Both the position numbers and the translations under genes were made by a program. Below are positions 10,389-19,758 of a DNA stretch of 64,000 bases, one piece after another. This stretch comes from an uncultured Pseudomonadota bacterium. Its GTDB lineage: Bacteria > Pseudomonadota > Alphaproteobacteria > RF32 > CAG-239. Where the stretch lies: assembly GCA_949292335.1 (NCBI GenBank), contig CASEYY010000041.1:29963-93962 (forward strand), in the 5' to 3' direction. The notes below the pieces were generated by a model, which was given only the letters and a program-made list of their open reading frames with translations, did no database searches and had not been told where the DNA came from. The first letter of the stretch is position 1. Each line of letters starts with the position of its first letter.

Positions 10389-10867
10389 TGCTCGAAATTT
10401 ATCGAAAGTCTGCAGGAATCGTTGTTACAAAACAGAAAAAAGTCCTCTTATGTGCCAGAGCAGACTGCAATGATATGCAATGGCAATTCCCGCAAGGCGG
10501 CATTGAAAAAAACGAAATTCCTTTTGCCGCCGCAATCAGAGAATTAAGAGAAGAAACTGCTATTACAAATGTTAAATTATTGGCCGAGATAAAGCAGCCG
10601 CTAAAATATGACTTTCCGCCTGCCGTGATTAAAAAATTTCAAACCGAAAATTACCGCGTATTGGGACAGGAACAGTATTGGTTTCTGTTTGAGTTTTTGG
10701 GGGAAGACAGCGACATAAATTTTGAAACAAATCCGCAAGAAATTGAATTTAAGAAGTTTATGTGGGCAGATTTATGCGAGGCCCCGCAGAGAATCGTTGC
10801 CTTCAAAAAAGAGGTCTACCAAAGAGTAGCCGATGAATTTCACAAATATATCGAAGGAATTTCATGA
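10388..10867 (+). CDS. rppH: RNA pyrophosphohydrolase (Nudix)
   Basis: WQFPQGGIEKNE...RELREET Nudix box, GQEQYWF, FKKEVY. Confidence 0.88.
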   Translation: MLEIYRKSAGIVVTKQKKVLLCARADCNDMQWQFPQGGIEKNEIPFAAAIRELREETAITNVKLLAEIKQPLKYDFPPAVIKKFQTENYRVLGQEQYWFLFEFLGEDSDINFETNPQEIEFKKFMWADLCEAPQRIVAFKKEVYQRVADEFHKYIEGIS

Positions 10868-11412
10868 TGGCAGAAAAATTCGAAAAAGAAAGAAACGAAA
10901 TACTCAAGCTCCTAAAAAACGGTATTTCCGGTAATCTTAACCTTTCGACTAAACAAAAAAAATATGTTAAGAACCTGCTGTTGTTTGCTTTGATGAATGC
11001 CTCCAAAAACGAAACCGTTTTGAAAAAAAATTTTAATAAGCTGGTCAATAAACTATTCAAAGATTCTTTAATAAAAATCTTACGCGATAATTTGGATGAT
11101 GACGACGATGACGACGATTTTGAGGAAACACTCAATGTCGAACTCAACAGAATCTTGGCAGAGGCCGGCTTGGCTCAAAATCTGGAGCAGATTCTGACGC
11201 CGGAAGTAATAAACAATTTTTTGATTAAAAGTACTCCCGGAGTGTCACAAGCCGAAATGGTGAAGAAAATTATGGCTTTGCGTGAAGTAAAAACAAATTA
11301 TCGCGAAACACCAAAAGAAAGAGCCAAACGCGAACGAAATCGGAGAGAATATGAGCTGGCGAAAGTGCGTCAAAGAATGATGGAAAATTCTCGCTCATAT
11401 GAAAGAGGTTAA
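10864..11412 (+). CDS. Hypothetical protein with poly-Asp tract and Arg-rich C-terminus
   Basis: 182-aa ORF overlapping the rppH stop; no family recognised. Confidence 0.7.
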   Translation: MMAEKFEKERNEILKLLKNGISGNLNLSTKQKKYVKNLLLFALMNASKNETVLKKNFNKLVNKLFKDSLIKILRDNLDDDDDDDDFEETLNVELNRILAEAGLAQNLEQILTPEVINNFLIKSTPGVSQAEMVKKIMALREVKTNYRETPKERAKRERNRREYELAKVRQRMMENSRSYERG

Positions 11413-11416
11413 TCTT

Positions 11417-12097
11417 TTATCGGGATTTGGGCATACTTACTTCGGCCGCTCTTAAATAAAGCGGCTTGGGGAAGTTTAGCTTCTTTTCTTTGAGCATTTC
11501 CTCGCCTGCCGATAACAAGTTTTCAGCCGGCAGACAGTCGTACATTTTTATGGCGTGCAGACATAATCCGCTAGGTGAGGATAAAAACCTTTCAACGCCA
11601 TCACCTGATAATGAAACCAATTTTCCTTTGAGCGATGTTATTATCTCTTCTCTTGGTTTTGCATCAGGCTCAGATAGCGGTTGCAAGTGCTTGTCAAATA
11701 TCTGTACATAAAAATCATCTCTGCGGGTTTCGATAATTATGGCATTAAGCTCGGCTATGTCCTCCTCCGCAAATGTTTTTTTGTAGGCCTCAAATGCCGA
11801 AACACCGCCGATGTTTAATTTTTCCGACGCCAACTTAAATACTCTGGCAGCAGAAATACCGGAACGAACGCCGGTAAAAGAACCGGGACCGACACAAACA
11901 AAAAGATTATCAACCGCGGTAAACCCTATGCCGTTTTGCCGCAAGGCTTTATCTATCTCCGGAAGCAAAAACTCAGATTGTCCGAATTCCATCAAATTTT
12001 CGGATTTATACAATATTCTCTTATCCTCGCTCAATATTACACTGCAAGAGGCGGCTGTCGTATCAAATGCCAAACTTATCATTTTTCCACTTACCAT
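11417..12097 (-). CDS. tsaB: tRNA t6A biosynthesis protein TsaB
   Basis: LAFDTT, VGPGSFTGVRSG, PKPLYLR. Confidence 0.9.
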   Translation of the reverse strand: MVSGKMISLAFDTTAASCSVILSEDKRILYKSENLMEFGQSEFLLPEIDKALRQNGIGFTAVDNLFVCVGPGSFTGVRSGISAARVFKLASEKLNIGGVSAFEAYKKTFAEEDIAELNAIIIETRRDDFYVQIFDKHLQPLSEPDAKPREEIITSLKGKLVSLSGDGVERFLSSPSGLCLHAIKMYDCLPAENLLSAGEEMLKEKKLNFPKPLYLRAAEVSMPKSR

Positions 12098-12173
12098 AAC
12101 TTTTAGGTTTTAATAATCTGTTTTATATAATATTATCCCAAAATAAACAATGATTTTTTGCATATGGTCTTAG

Positions 12174-13871
12174 ATGTTGGATGTTGAACTGCTGCAAAAT
12201 TTTTACTATGCCGCTCCGGAATTATGGATTTTAATCGCCGCCGTTTTCCTGTCGTTGCTATTGTCGGTTATATATTTGTCCGTGGTAAACCTCAGGCAAA
12301 AGCAAAAAAACTACTTTCTTAAAAGAGACAGAGAACGTTATGCCGAAACTCTCTATGCTTCTCATGACGGGTATTTCGCTTTTATATATCCGGATGAGAA
12401 GGTCAACGACCCCAGAAAAACAATCAAGGAAAGATGTTCCAGAAGATTGGCCGTAATCTTAAATTTGCCTACCGGAACTAAATCTTCTTTTGAAGATGTT
12501 ATGAAAAATTTCTACAAAGATGATGTCAAAAAAATATATAAGTATGTTGCCCTGCTCAAAGAAGAAGGCGTCGCTTTTGAGGATTATTTTATATTGAAAA
12601 ATTCCGAAAAATATATTCGCCTCGAAGGGGTAAGAATTAACGGTGCCGACGGTAATATATACTGCGATATGATCTGGTTTCGTGATGTCAGCTTTGCAAC
12701 GAATCGTATCAAATCTCTGGAAGAAGAAAAATCCGATATCAAAAATAAATTAAATAAATTAGTTGATTTGATTGACAATTTGCCTTTGGCCATTTGGTTG
12801 CGGGACAATAATTATAAAATCGTTTTTTGCAACAGAAAATACACGGAATTTTTGCCAAATAAATCCAGAGACGATGTATTAAACGACGGATGTGAAATTA
12901 TCGGAACAAACGGAGAAAGTATTGCTTTGGAACTTGCAAAACGAGCTCATAAATCAAACCGCAAAGTAAAAACTCCGGTCGGGGTGATAGTGGACGGAAG
13001 CCGTGTGGCCATGGAAGCGTGCGAAACCCCTTTTTATGCCGAGCAGAACCTTGATAAAACTTATTCGGCAGGGTGCTTGATTAATATAAACGAGCTTGAC
13101 CAGTTACGCAGAAACCTTAAACAACATCAAGAAGCTCAACTTGAAATATTAGGTGCGTTGGGTACGGCCTTTGCCGTATTTAATCAAAATATGTTGCTCA
13201 ATTTTTATAATCAGCCTTTCGCAAAATTGTGGAACCTCGACCCTGCTTTTTTGGATGATAAGCCTACTTATTCGGCATTTTTGGATGTCTTGCGAGAAAA
13301 AAGATTGTTACCGGAAGTTCCTGATTTCAAAGCTTTCAGACAAGATGAGGTTAAAAACTTCTCAAGAATTTTTGAGCCGACAAATGACTTGATGCATCTG
13401 CCTAACGGAAAAACTTTGCGTAGAATGCGAGCCCCATATCCTTTGGGCGGAATCGTGTTTGCTTATGAAGATATTTCGGATCGTTTGGCGGCTACAAGTG
13501 CTTATAATGCCTTAATCTCGGTGCAAACCGAAATGCTGCAAAACCTTTTTGATGCCGTTATAATATTCGGAACTAACGGCAGGGTTAGTTTTTATAATCA
13601 GGCTTATCTCAATTTATGGAACGCCGATAAAACTTTTTTGGACAGCGAGCCAACATTCGAAGAGGTCTTGGATAGTCAAAAACATTTCTTTACAACCAAC
13701 GCCAACTGGGATGACATCAAAAAAGGTATCAGTGATAATATCTTAAATATGACAGCCAAAACAGTTTTCTTGCGTCGTAACGATGACAAAAAACTTGAGC
13801 TGTCTATCGCCAATTTGTCCGACGGATCGTTGATGATAGCTTATCTGGCTAAAGAAATATCTGATAATTGA
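12174..13871 (+). CDS. Membrane-anchored multi-PAS protein, DivL-like, without kinase domain
   Basis: N-terminal TM; PAS-like repeats (LPLAIWLRD, FYNQPFAKLW, LREKRLLPEVPDF, HLPNGKTLR); no HisKA/HATPase at the C-terminus. Confidence 0.7.
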   Translation: MLDVELLQNFYYAAPELWILIAAVFLSLLLSVIYLSVVNLRQKQKNYFLKRDRERYAETLYASHDGYFAFIYPDEKVNDPRKTIKERCSRRLAVILNLPTGTKSSFEDVMKNFYKDDVKKIYKYVALLKEEGVAFEDYFILKNSEKYIRLEGVRINGADGNIYCDMIWFRDVSFATNRIKSLEEEKSDIKNKLNKLVDLIDNLPLAIWLRDNNYKIVFCNRKYTEFLPNKSRDDVLNDGCEIIGTNGESIALELAKRAHKSNRKVKTPVGVIVDGSRVAMEACETPFYAEQNLDKTYSAGCLININELDQLRRNLKQHQEAQLEILGALGTAFAVFNQNMLLNFYNQPFAKLWNLDPAFLDDKPTYSAFLDVLREKRLLPEVPDFKAFRQDEVKNFSRIFEPTNDLMHLPNGKTLRRMRAPYPLGGIVFAYEDISDRLAATSAYNALISVQTEMLQNLFDAVIIFGTNGRVSFYNQAYLNLWNADKTFLDSEPTFEEVLDSQKHFFTTNANWDDIKKGISDNILNMTAKTVFLRRNDDKKLELSIANLSDGSLMIAYLAKEISDN

Positions 13872-13912
13872 CTTGCAAATTTTTAGGTGTAAAATAGAAA
13901 TGTTTTGTTTGT

Positions 13913-14731
13913 TTGAGGATGAAAATGTTTAATGACGATGAACCCTTGAATGTCGATTGGGAACAGAAAAAAGGATTTGATAAAAACGAGAAAAACTCGC
14001 GGCGAATCGATGTAAAAAAAGCTTTAACCGCCGAGGTTAAAGATCGTAACAATTTTAAACAAACCGCTAAACAAGTCAAAAATCTTCCGCCGAACTTAAA
14101 AAAACTTAAAACTAAAATCCGTGATGTCTATGACGAAGATGATGAAGACGAGGAAGAAAATTCTACCGTTGTCTTTGATTTTGCTATTGAAAACGAAAAT
14201 TCGTCTTTACTTAGCGCCTTGAAAGATGAGGAAAAGGCCAAACTTGAGGTTAAACAAACTCTGGATAATCAAAAAATGCAGCAGGCCGCCGGAAAAATGG
14301 AGGCAATTCTGGCTGCAAATCGTACATCGAAACAACTTGGACTTAAAGGTATCAAAGGTAAAATCATTAACGAAAATATGCAGAGCATCGCTCAGGGAGC
14401 CGAAACTTTTGAACAGGTTTTGCAGCAAACAATTTCCGATAAAACCAAAATCAAAACTCAAAAACTCTCAAAAGCCGAGACCCAAAATTTGGTAAAAGGT
14501 ATCGGTAAATTGCAAGATGCTTCTTTGTCGCAAAAAGACTTTTCCAAAAATTTGACCGATATGAAAACCGATGATTTGATTAAAATCGGAAAAGCCAAAA
14601 CCGTAAAAGAAACTGCCGAAATCATTCTGGAAAAATCCGGTCGGAAAGAACCGAAAAAAGCCGAAAAAAGAATCAAAAATCTGCAAAAACAAAAAAACAG
14701 AAAAAATGTTAACGACCGCTCTCGGGAATAA
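13913..14731 (+). CDS. Hypothetical highly charged protein
   Basis: 272-aa ORF (ATG at 13919 likely start); DEDDEDEEE tract, Lys-rich, ends NDRSRE. Confidence 0.7.
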   Translation: MRMKMFNDDEPLNVDWEQKKGFDKNEKNSRRIDVKKALTAEVKDRNNFKQTAKQVKNLPPNLKKLKTKIRDVYDEDDEDEEENSTVVFDFAIENENSSLLSALKDEEKAKLEVKQTLDNQKMQQAAGKMEAILAANRTSKQLGLKGIKGKIINENMQSIAQGAETFEQVLQQTISDKTKIKTQKLSKAETQNLVKGIGKLQDASLSQKDFSKNLTDMKTDDLIKIGKAKTVKETAEIILEKSGRKEPKKAEKRIKNLQKQKNRKNVNDRSRE

Positions 14732-14732
14732 T

Positions 14733-15269
14733 TTATTCTATCTTCTTTAGTATCGTCTTGTATGAGGTACTGATAATTTTGAATTTTTCTTCCGCTTCCT
14801 TATTATCGGAGTTGATGTCCGGATGATATTTTTTAACTGCTTTTTTATAGGCTTTTTTTAGAATCGAAACATCTAAATCTTCAACTTCTATTTCCATAAT
14901 TTTTAAGGCTTCATGTTCGGAAGGCGTGAGCTGTATGTGAGGATGTTTTTCGCTAAAAACAAAGTCGTCAAAAACATTGTATCCGCGATTGAAATCAAAA
15001 CCAAAGTTATATTTAACCCGTGAGGAGAATCTGAAACGGCCGGAAGTATCTTCTTTGTCGGCAGCACTAAAGTCATAGCCGTAGTAATTCCATTTGGAGT
15101 TATACTCTTGAACATGTTCCAAACAAAACCAGTAGTATTCTTTAAGAGTGCGATCTTTGGGTGCACGATATTCTCCGGCCTTGTGACAACCCGGATAATC
15201 ACATATGTGTTCGTGGTTTTCGTTTTGCGGAGCAAAATATTTGCTCTGACGTTTGTTCTTTTTTATCAT
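14733..15269 (-). CDS. DnaJ-domain protein (alphaproteobacterial type, Cys/His N-terminus, C-terminal J domain)
   Basis: CDYPGC...YRAPK...WFCLEHVQEYN; HPD motif. Confidence 0.85.
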   Translation of the reverse strand: MIKKNKRQSKYFAPQNENHEHICDYPGCHKAGEYRAPKDRTLKEYYWFCLEHVQEYNSKWNYYGYDFSAADKEDTSGRFRFSSRVKYNFGFDFNRGYNVFDDFVFSEKHPHIQLTPSEHEALKIMEIEVEDLDVSILKKAYKKAVKKYHPDINSDNKEAEEKFKIISTSYKTILKKIE

Positions 15270-15405
15270 GGTTTCTTCTTTTTGCTTAACCTGATGAACT
15301 TATTACATTTACGACCTTAGTGCAACTGTTTATTTGTTGTTGTATTGGCAAAAAAATATATCTATACTGACGATAGTCTTATTTTGATGAATAAAGGTTA
15401 CTCTT

Positions 15406-16248
15406 ATGCCCGAATTACCCGAAGTCGAAACAATTAAACGAGCTATCGAAAAGGCTATATCCAAAGCCAAAATTGAGGATATATTCGTTTATAATTCTAA
15501 CTTGCGGAGTAAGGTGCCAAGCGAACTGACTTCTATAATCAAAGGTGCCACAATAAAAGCATATAGAAGAATCGCCAAATATATCGTCATTGATTTGAAT
15601 AATAACATAAGCTTGATTTGGCACATGGGGATGAGCGGAAAAGTTATTATCTGCGACGAAATTCCGAATCCTTTGGCTAAGCATGACCATATCGTTATTA
15701 AAACCACAAACGGTGTTATGATTTATAATGATCCGCGGCGTTTTGGTCTATTTACCTATTGCAAAACTTCTGAACTGTCAAAGTCTAAAATTTTTACAAA
15801 TACCGGCATTGATCCGTTTGATAAAGATTTAACCGCAGCTTATCTTCTCGCCAAACTTAAAACAAAGAAAAAAACAAGCATAAAAACAGCTTTACTGGAG
15901 CAGAACATTATCGCCGGAATCGGTAATATTTATGCCTCGGAAATTTTATATAAATCACGAATTTCTCCGCTGAGATCCGCCGAATCCGTTTCTTATGACG
16001 AGTGTGAAACTTTAATTCAAAAAACTCTTGAGGTACTAAACCAAGCTATTAAGGCCGGCGGCTCAACTCTCCATGATTATAAAAAACCGGACGGCTCTTT
16101 GGGATACTTTCAAAATATGCATTGCGTATACAACAAAACCGGTCAAAAATGTCCTGACTGTATTTGCAATATTAACAAAACCGGCGGTATAAAAAAAATC
16201 GTGCAAAACGGTCGCTCAACCTTCTATTGTGAGAGTTTGCAAAAATGA
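15406..16248 (+). CDS. mutM: Formamidopyrimidine-DNA glycosylase
   Basis: PELPEVET, HMGMSG, DPRRFG, GIGNIYASE, C-terminal zinc finger. Confidence 0.97.
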   Translation: MPELPEVETIKRAIEKAISKAKIEDIFVYNSNLRSKVPSELTSIIKGATIKAYRRIAKYIVIDLNNNISLIWHMGMSGKVIICDEIPNPLAKHDHIVIKTTNGVMIYNDPRRFGLFTYCKTSELSKSKIFTNTGIDPFDKDLTAAYLLAKLKTKKKTSIKTALLEQNIIAGIGNIYASEILYKSRISPLRSAESVSYDECETLIQKTLEVLNQAIKAGGSTLHDYKKPDGSLGYFQNMHCVYNKTGQKCPDCICNINKTGGIKKIVQNGRSTFYCESLQK

Positions 16249-16607
16249 AAAAACTTTATTTGTTGTTATTGTTTTTCACTCTTGTCTTTCCGATAACGGG
16301 AAAGGCTGAATTCGTCGAAGGACTGGAAGATATTCCGATACCCGAGGGATTGGAGCAAATAGAAAACGGGAGCCTCAATTTCGGTAACGAGGAAATAAGA
16401 CTTATTGAAACTTATTTGTCGTCTAAAAATCTGAGCTTTGATAAAGTTGTGAGTTTTTATGTCGAAACCTTACCGCAAATGGGGTGGACTCTAAAAAAGC
16501 AAAAAAATAATAAATTGTTGTTTGAACGCGAGGGTGAAACCCTTGAGATATCCAAGGAAGCACCAAATCCTCTAATGGTGCGTCTGACCGTTAAAAGTAA
16601 ACTCTGA
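16245..16607 (+). CDS. Hypothetical exported protein
   Basis: Signal peptide; overlaps the mutM stop (ATGA). Confidence 0.7.
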   Translation: MKKLYLLLLFFTLVFPITGKAEFVEGLEDIPIPEGLEQIENGSLNFGNEEIRLIETYLSSKNLSFDKVVSFYVETLPQMGWTLKKQKNNKLLFEREGETLEISKEAPNPLMVRLTVKSKL

Positions 16608-16612
16608 AAAAG

Positions 16613-17371
16613 GTGGCAATTATGGATGAAAATAATACTATTTTAGTTGCGGTTGAAGGGAAAATCGGCATTATTACTTTGAATCGTCCCGAAGAATCCA
16701 ACTCCGTTAATCTTGAGATGCTCAATGAAATTGCATATCAGGTGCAAACTTGGGAATATGATGATAATATTCGTTGCATCATAATTAAAGGAACCGACAA
16801 ACTGTTTGCCGCAGGAATCGACTTAAAAGCCTTGGGAGAAGAAATAAGCCAACAAAGTCTGGCTCTTAAGGCTTGGCAAGATGAATTCAATAAAATTGAA
16901 AATTGCTGCAAGCCGATTATTATGGCGGTGGCCGGATTTGCTCTCGGGCTCGGATGCGATCTGGCTTTGGCCGGTGATATAATTTTAGCCGCCGAATCAG
17001 CTCAGTTTGGATATCCCGAACTTTCTATCGGTATCATTCCCTCCTTCGGCGGATGTTCAAACTTAATGCATCGGGTCGGAAAAGCCAAATCAATGGAAAT
17101 AATTCTGACCGGGAAAGCATTAAGTGCAGAAGAGGCTTCTTTGTGCGGCCTTATAAGCCGTGTCGTCCCAATGAAAGATTTATTTAACGAGGCTATGAAA
17201 GTAGCAAGACGAATCGCTTCTTTGCCGTATCAAGCCGTTTTGCAGGCCAAAGAGACTCTGAAGCAAGTGGAAAATATGAGCATCTTAAACGGACGGGAAT
17301 TAGAACTTAAAAGCTGCAGATTGAGCTTGAACGCCCAGGAATTTAAAGAAATTTCCGCTAAATTTAAATAA
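16613..17371 (+). CDS. Enoyl-CoA hydratase/isomerase (crotonase) family protein
   Basis: ITLNRP, FAAGIDL, KPIIMAVAGFALGLG, FGYPE; mutM-crotonase-rpsT-dnaA synteny. Confidence 0.88.
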   Translation: MAIMDENNTILVAVEGKIGIITLNRPEESNSVNLEMLNEIAYQVQTWEYDDNIRCIIIKGTDKLFAAGIDLKALGEEISQQSLALKAWQDEFNKIENCCKPIIMAVAGFALGLGCDLALAGDIILAAESAQFGYPELSIGIIPSFGGCSNLMHRVGKAKSMEIILTGKALSAEEASLCGLISRVVPMKDLFNEAMKVARRIASLPYQAVLQAKETLKQVENMSILNGRELELKSCRLSLNAQEFKEISAKFK

Positions 17372-17491
17372 TTTCGCTCAAGAATCGACCTGATAGCTAA
17401 AATTGTTGTTGACTTATCGGGTACTTCAAGTTTATAAAGCATTAACATTTGATGTTTTGGTATAACTTTTAGTTTGAAATGGAATAAAAAA

Positions 17492-17752
17492 ATGGCCAAT
17501 CATAAATCTGCTAAAAGCAGAATCGTTAGAAATAATAAAAGAGCCGTTATTAACGGTGCTCGCAGAAGTCGCGTTCGTACCTTTATTAAAAAGGTTGAGG
17601 CTGCGATTGTTGCCGGTGATAAAGAGTTGGCTAACAGCTCTTTCAAAATCGCCGAATCCGAAATGATGAAAGCCGTCAGAAAAGGCGTGTTCAAAATGAA
17701 TACTGCCGCTCGTAAGGTTTCTCGTCTTTCCCAAAAAATTAAAGCCCTTTAG
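17492..17752 (+). CDS. rpsT: 30S ribosomal protein S20
   Basis: MANHKSAKSR...NTAARKVSRL; start re-called to the ATG at 17492. Confidence 0.95.
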   Translation: MANHKSAKSRIVRNNKRAVINGARRSRVRTFIKKVEAAIVAGDKELANSSFKIAESEMMKAVRKGVFKMNTAARKVSRLSQKIKAL

Positions 17753-17775
17753 TTTTTTGTTTTTATTTTATTTTT

Positions 17776-17822
17776 AACGCAAGTCGGACTCTTATTTTAG
17801 AGGTTTTCGGCTTGCGTTTTTT
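17776..17822 (+). terminator. Rho-independent terminator after rpsT
   Basis: AACGCAAGTCGGA...TTCGGCTTGCGTT followed by a T run. Confidence 0.7.
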
Positions 17823-18202
17823 GCTCTAAAAGCCAGAGAATCTGGGCGACTCCTTAAAATATACCTGTCAAGAAATTTAATTGCAATGTTCAATAAAAGT
17901 TCTGTTGTTTTTATTTTTTTTTAACCTAATATCCAAATCACTTTGTTAGAGAATTTTGAAATTTATTTTTGAAATTTTTAGAATCTACTAAGCAGACAGT
18001 ATGGTCTATTTATTAGTTGTCAGCTTATACCTCGTGAATCCACTTGGGGTAAAACTTCTCTCCTAAATTTTATGCGGTCCGGGGAAGACTTCGTAAAAAA
18101 ACTCTGATGGGAGACAGATGGTTGTTTTACCTAAAATGTGCCTTGCGAATTTGTTGTAAACTGGCTAGGTTTTAATTTTTAAGAATGAATTGGGGAGTAA
18201 AA

Positions 18203-19648
18203 ATGGCCGAAGAAACAGTTGTTAATGACAAAACGGTTTTGGAACAATGGGGACAAATTTGTGACCAATTAAAAATTGAAATCGGCGAAACCGCTTTTGA
18301 CAGTTGGCTCAAGCCTTTAACAATAGGTTCTTTCTCTGACGGGACTATGAATATTTGTGTACCGACCAGATTTATGAGAAATTGGGTAATTACTAACTAT
18401 AGCGACAGAATCCACAAAATCTGGCAGAAAAAAAATCCGCAAATCCAAAATATTAATTTCGTTATTCAATCGGGACAAGATGTTATCTCTGCTAAGGGGC
18501 TGTACAATCCGACTTGCCGTTCTTTGTTGAAAAAAGTTACATCTTCTCCTTCTCCGCAAAATATATACCAATCAGGTATTAATTCGGTCATCGCTAATGC
18601 AAACGAATCATCGTTGAATGACTCTTTGTCGGTGCCTTTGAATCCACAATATACTTTTGACAATTTTGTAGTCGGAAAAACCAATGAGTTTGCTTATGCA
18701 GCAGCTCGTAAGGTTGCAGAATCGAGAAATATTTCTTTCAACCCGCTGTTCTTATACTCAGGTGTCGGATTGGGAAAAACTCACCTCATGCACGCGATTG
18801 CATGGCATATCAAACAACAAGATCCGTCGCGTAATATCGTATATCTTTCGGCCGAAAAATTTATGTATAAGTTTGTTAGAGCCTTGCGTTATAAAGATAC
18901 TACCGCCTTTAAGGAACAATTCCGTTCGGTTGATGTATTGATGGTTGACGATGTACAATTTATGGGCGGCAAAGACACCACCCAAGAGGAATTTTTCTAT
19001 ACCTTTAACTCTCTTATTGAAGAAGGCAGACAAATCATTATTTCTGCCGATAAATCTCCGGCAGATTTGGAAGGAATCGAAGCCAGATTAAAATCCAGAT
19101 TGGGTTGCGGTTTGGTGGCTGATATTCATCCCACCGATTTTGATTTGAGAATGGGAATTTTGAACTCTAAAGCCAAACAACTCGGTTTGGAATTACCCCA
19201 AAAGGTTGCTGAATTTTTGGCTACCAAAATCACCTCAAACATCAGAGAATTGGAAGGGGCTTTGCGTAGAGTTATTGCTCACTCTCAGCTCTTGAGTAAT
19301 CACGAGATAACTCTGGATATGACCCAAGATATCTTGAAAGATATGCTCCGCTCTTTTGACAAGAGAACTACCATTGATGAAATCCAGAAAAAAGTTGCCG
19401 AGCACTTCAATATTTCGGTTAAAGAAATGCAGTCATCAAGAAGAGCTCGCACCGTTGCCAGACCTCGCCAAATTGCAATGTATCTGGCTAAGCAACTGAC
19501 TTCTCGTTCTTTGCCGGAAATCGGACGCAAGTTTGACCGTGACCACACTACGGTTATGCATGCCGTAAGAAAGGTTGAAGAGCTTATCATGGAAGATATG
19601 TCTTTGGCCGAAAATGTGGAAACTTTGCGAAGAGCTTTGGAAGCCTAA
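18203..19648 (+). CDS. dnaA: Chromosomal replication initiator DnaA
   Basis: YTFDNFVVG, NPLFLYSGVGLGKTHL, DDVQF, RDHTTVMHA; GGGGAG RBS favours the ATG at 18203. Confidence 0.98.
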   Translation: MAEETVVNDKTVLEQWGQICDQLKIEIGETAFDSWLKPLTIGSFSDGTMNICVPTRFMRNWVITNYSDRIHKIWQKKNPQIQNINFVIQSGQDVISAKGLYNPTCRSLLKKVTSSPSPQNIYQSGINSVIANANESSLNDSLSVPLNPQYTFDNFVVGKTNEFAYAAARKVAESRNISFNPLFLYSGVGLGKTHLMHAIAWHIKQQDPSRNIVYLSAEKFMYKFVRALRYKDTTAFKEQFRSVDVLMVDDVQFMGGKDTTQEEFFYTFNSLIEEGRQIIISADKSPADLEGIEARLKSRLGCGLVADIHPTDFDLRMGILNSKAKQLGLELPQKVAEFLATKITSNIRELEGALRRVIAHSQLLSNHEITLDMTQDILKDMLRSFDKRTTIDEIQKKVAEHFNISVKEMQSSRRARTVARPRQIAMYLAKQLTSRSLPEIGRKFDRDHTTVMHAVRKVEELIMEDMSLAENVETLRRALEA

Positions 19649-19668
19649 ATCTGCTTAAAAAGCTGTTG

Positions 19669-19745
19669 ACGACTTATTGTTTTGACTTTTGATTTTGGCG
19701 GTTTATGCTATAATCCGGTCAACATTAACAATAAGTCGTTTTTTT
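19669..19745 (+). terminator. Long hairpin plus T tract between dnaA and dnaN, enclosing an extended -10 element
   Basis: ACGACTTATTGTT (19669-19681) / AACAATAAGTCGT (19727-19739), T7 tail; TGCTATAAT at 19706-19714 inside. Confidence 0.6.
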
Positions 19746-19758
19746 ATGGGTTGAAAAT

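Noticed and set aside
16140-16248. MutM zinc finger missing its last Cys
   Set aside because: An extra Cys in CPDCIC could substitute; not evidence of inactivation.
17753-18202. oriC in the rpsT-dnaA spacer
   Set aside because: AT-rich, but I found no cluster of TTATCCACA-like DnaA boxes.
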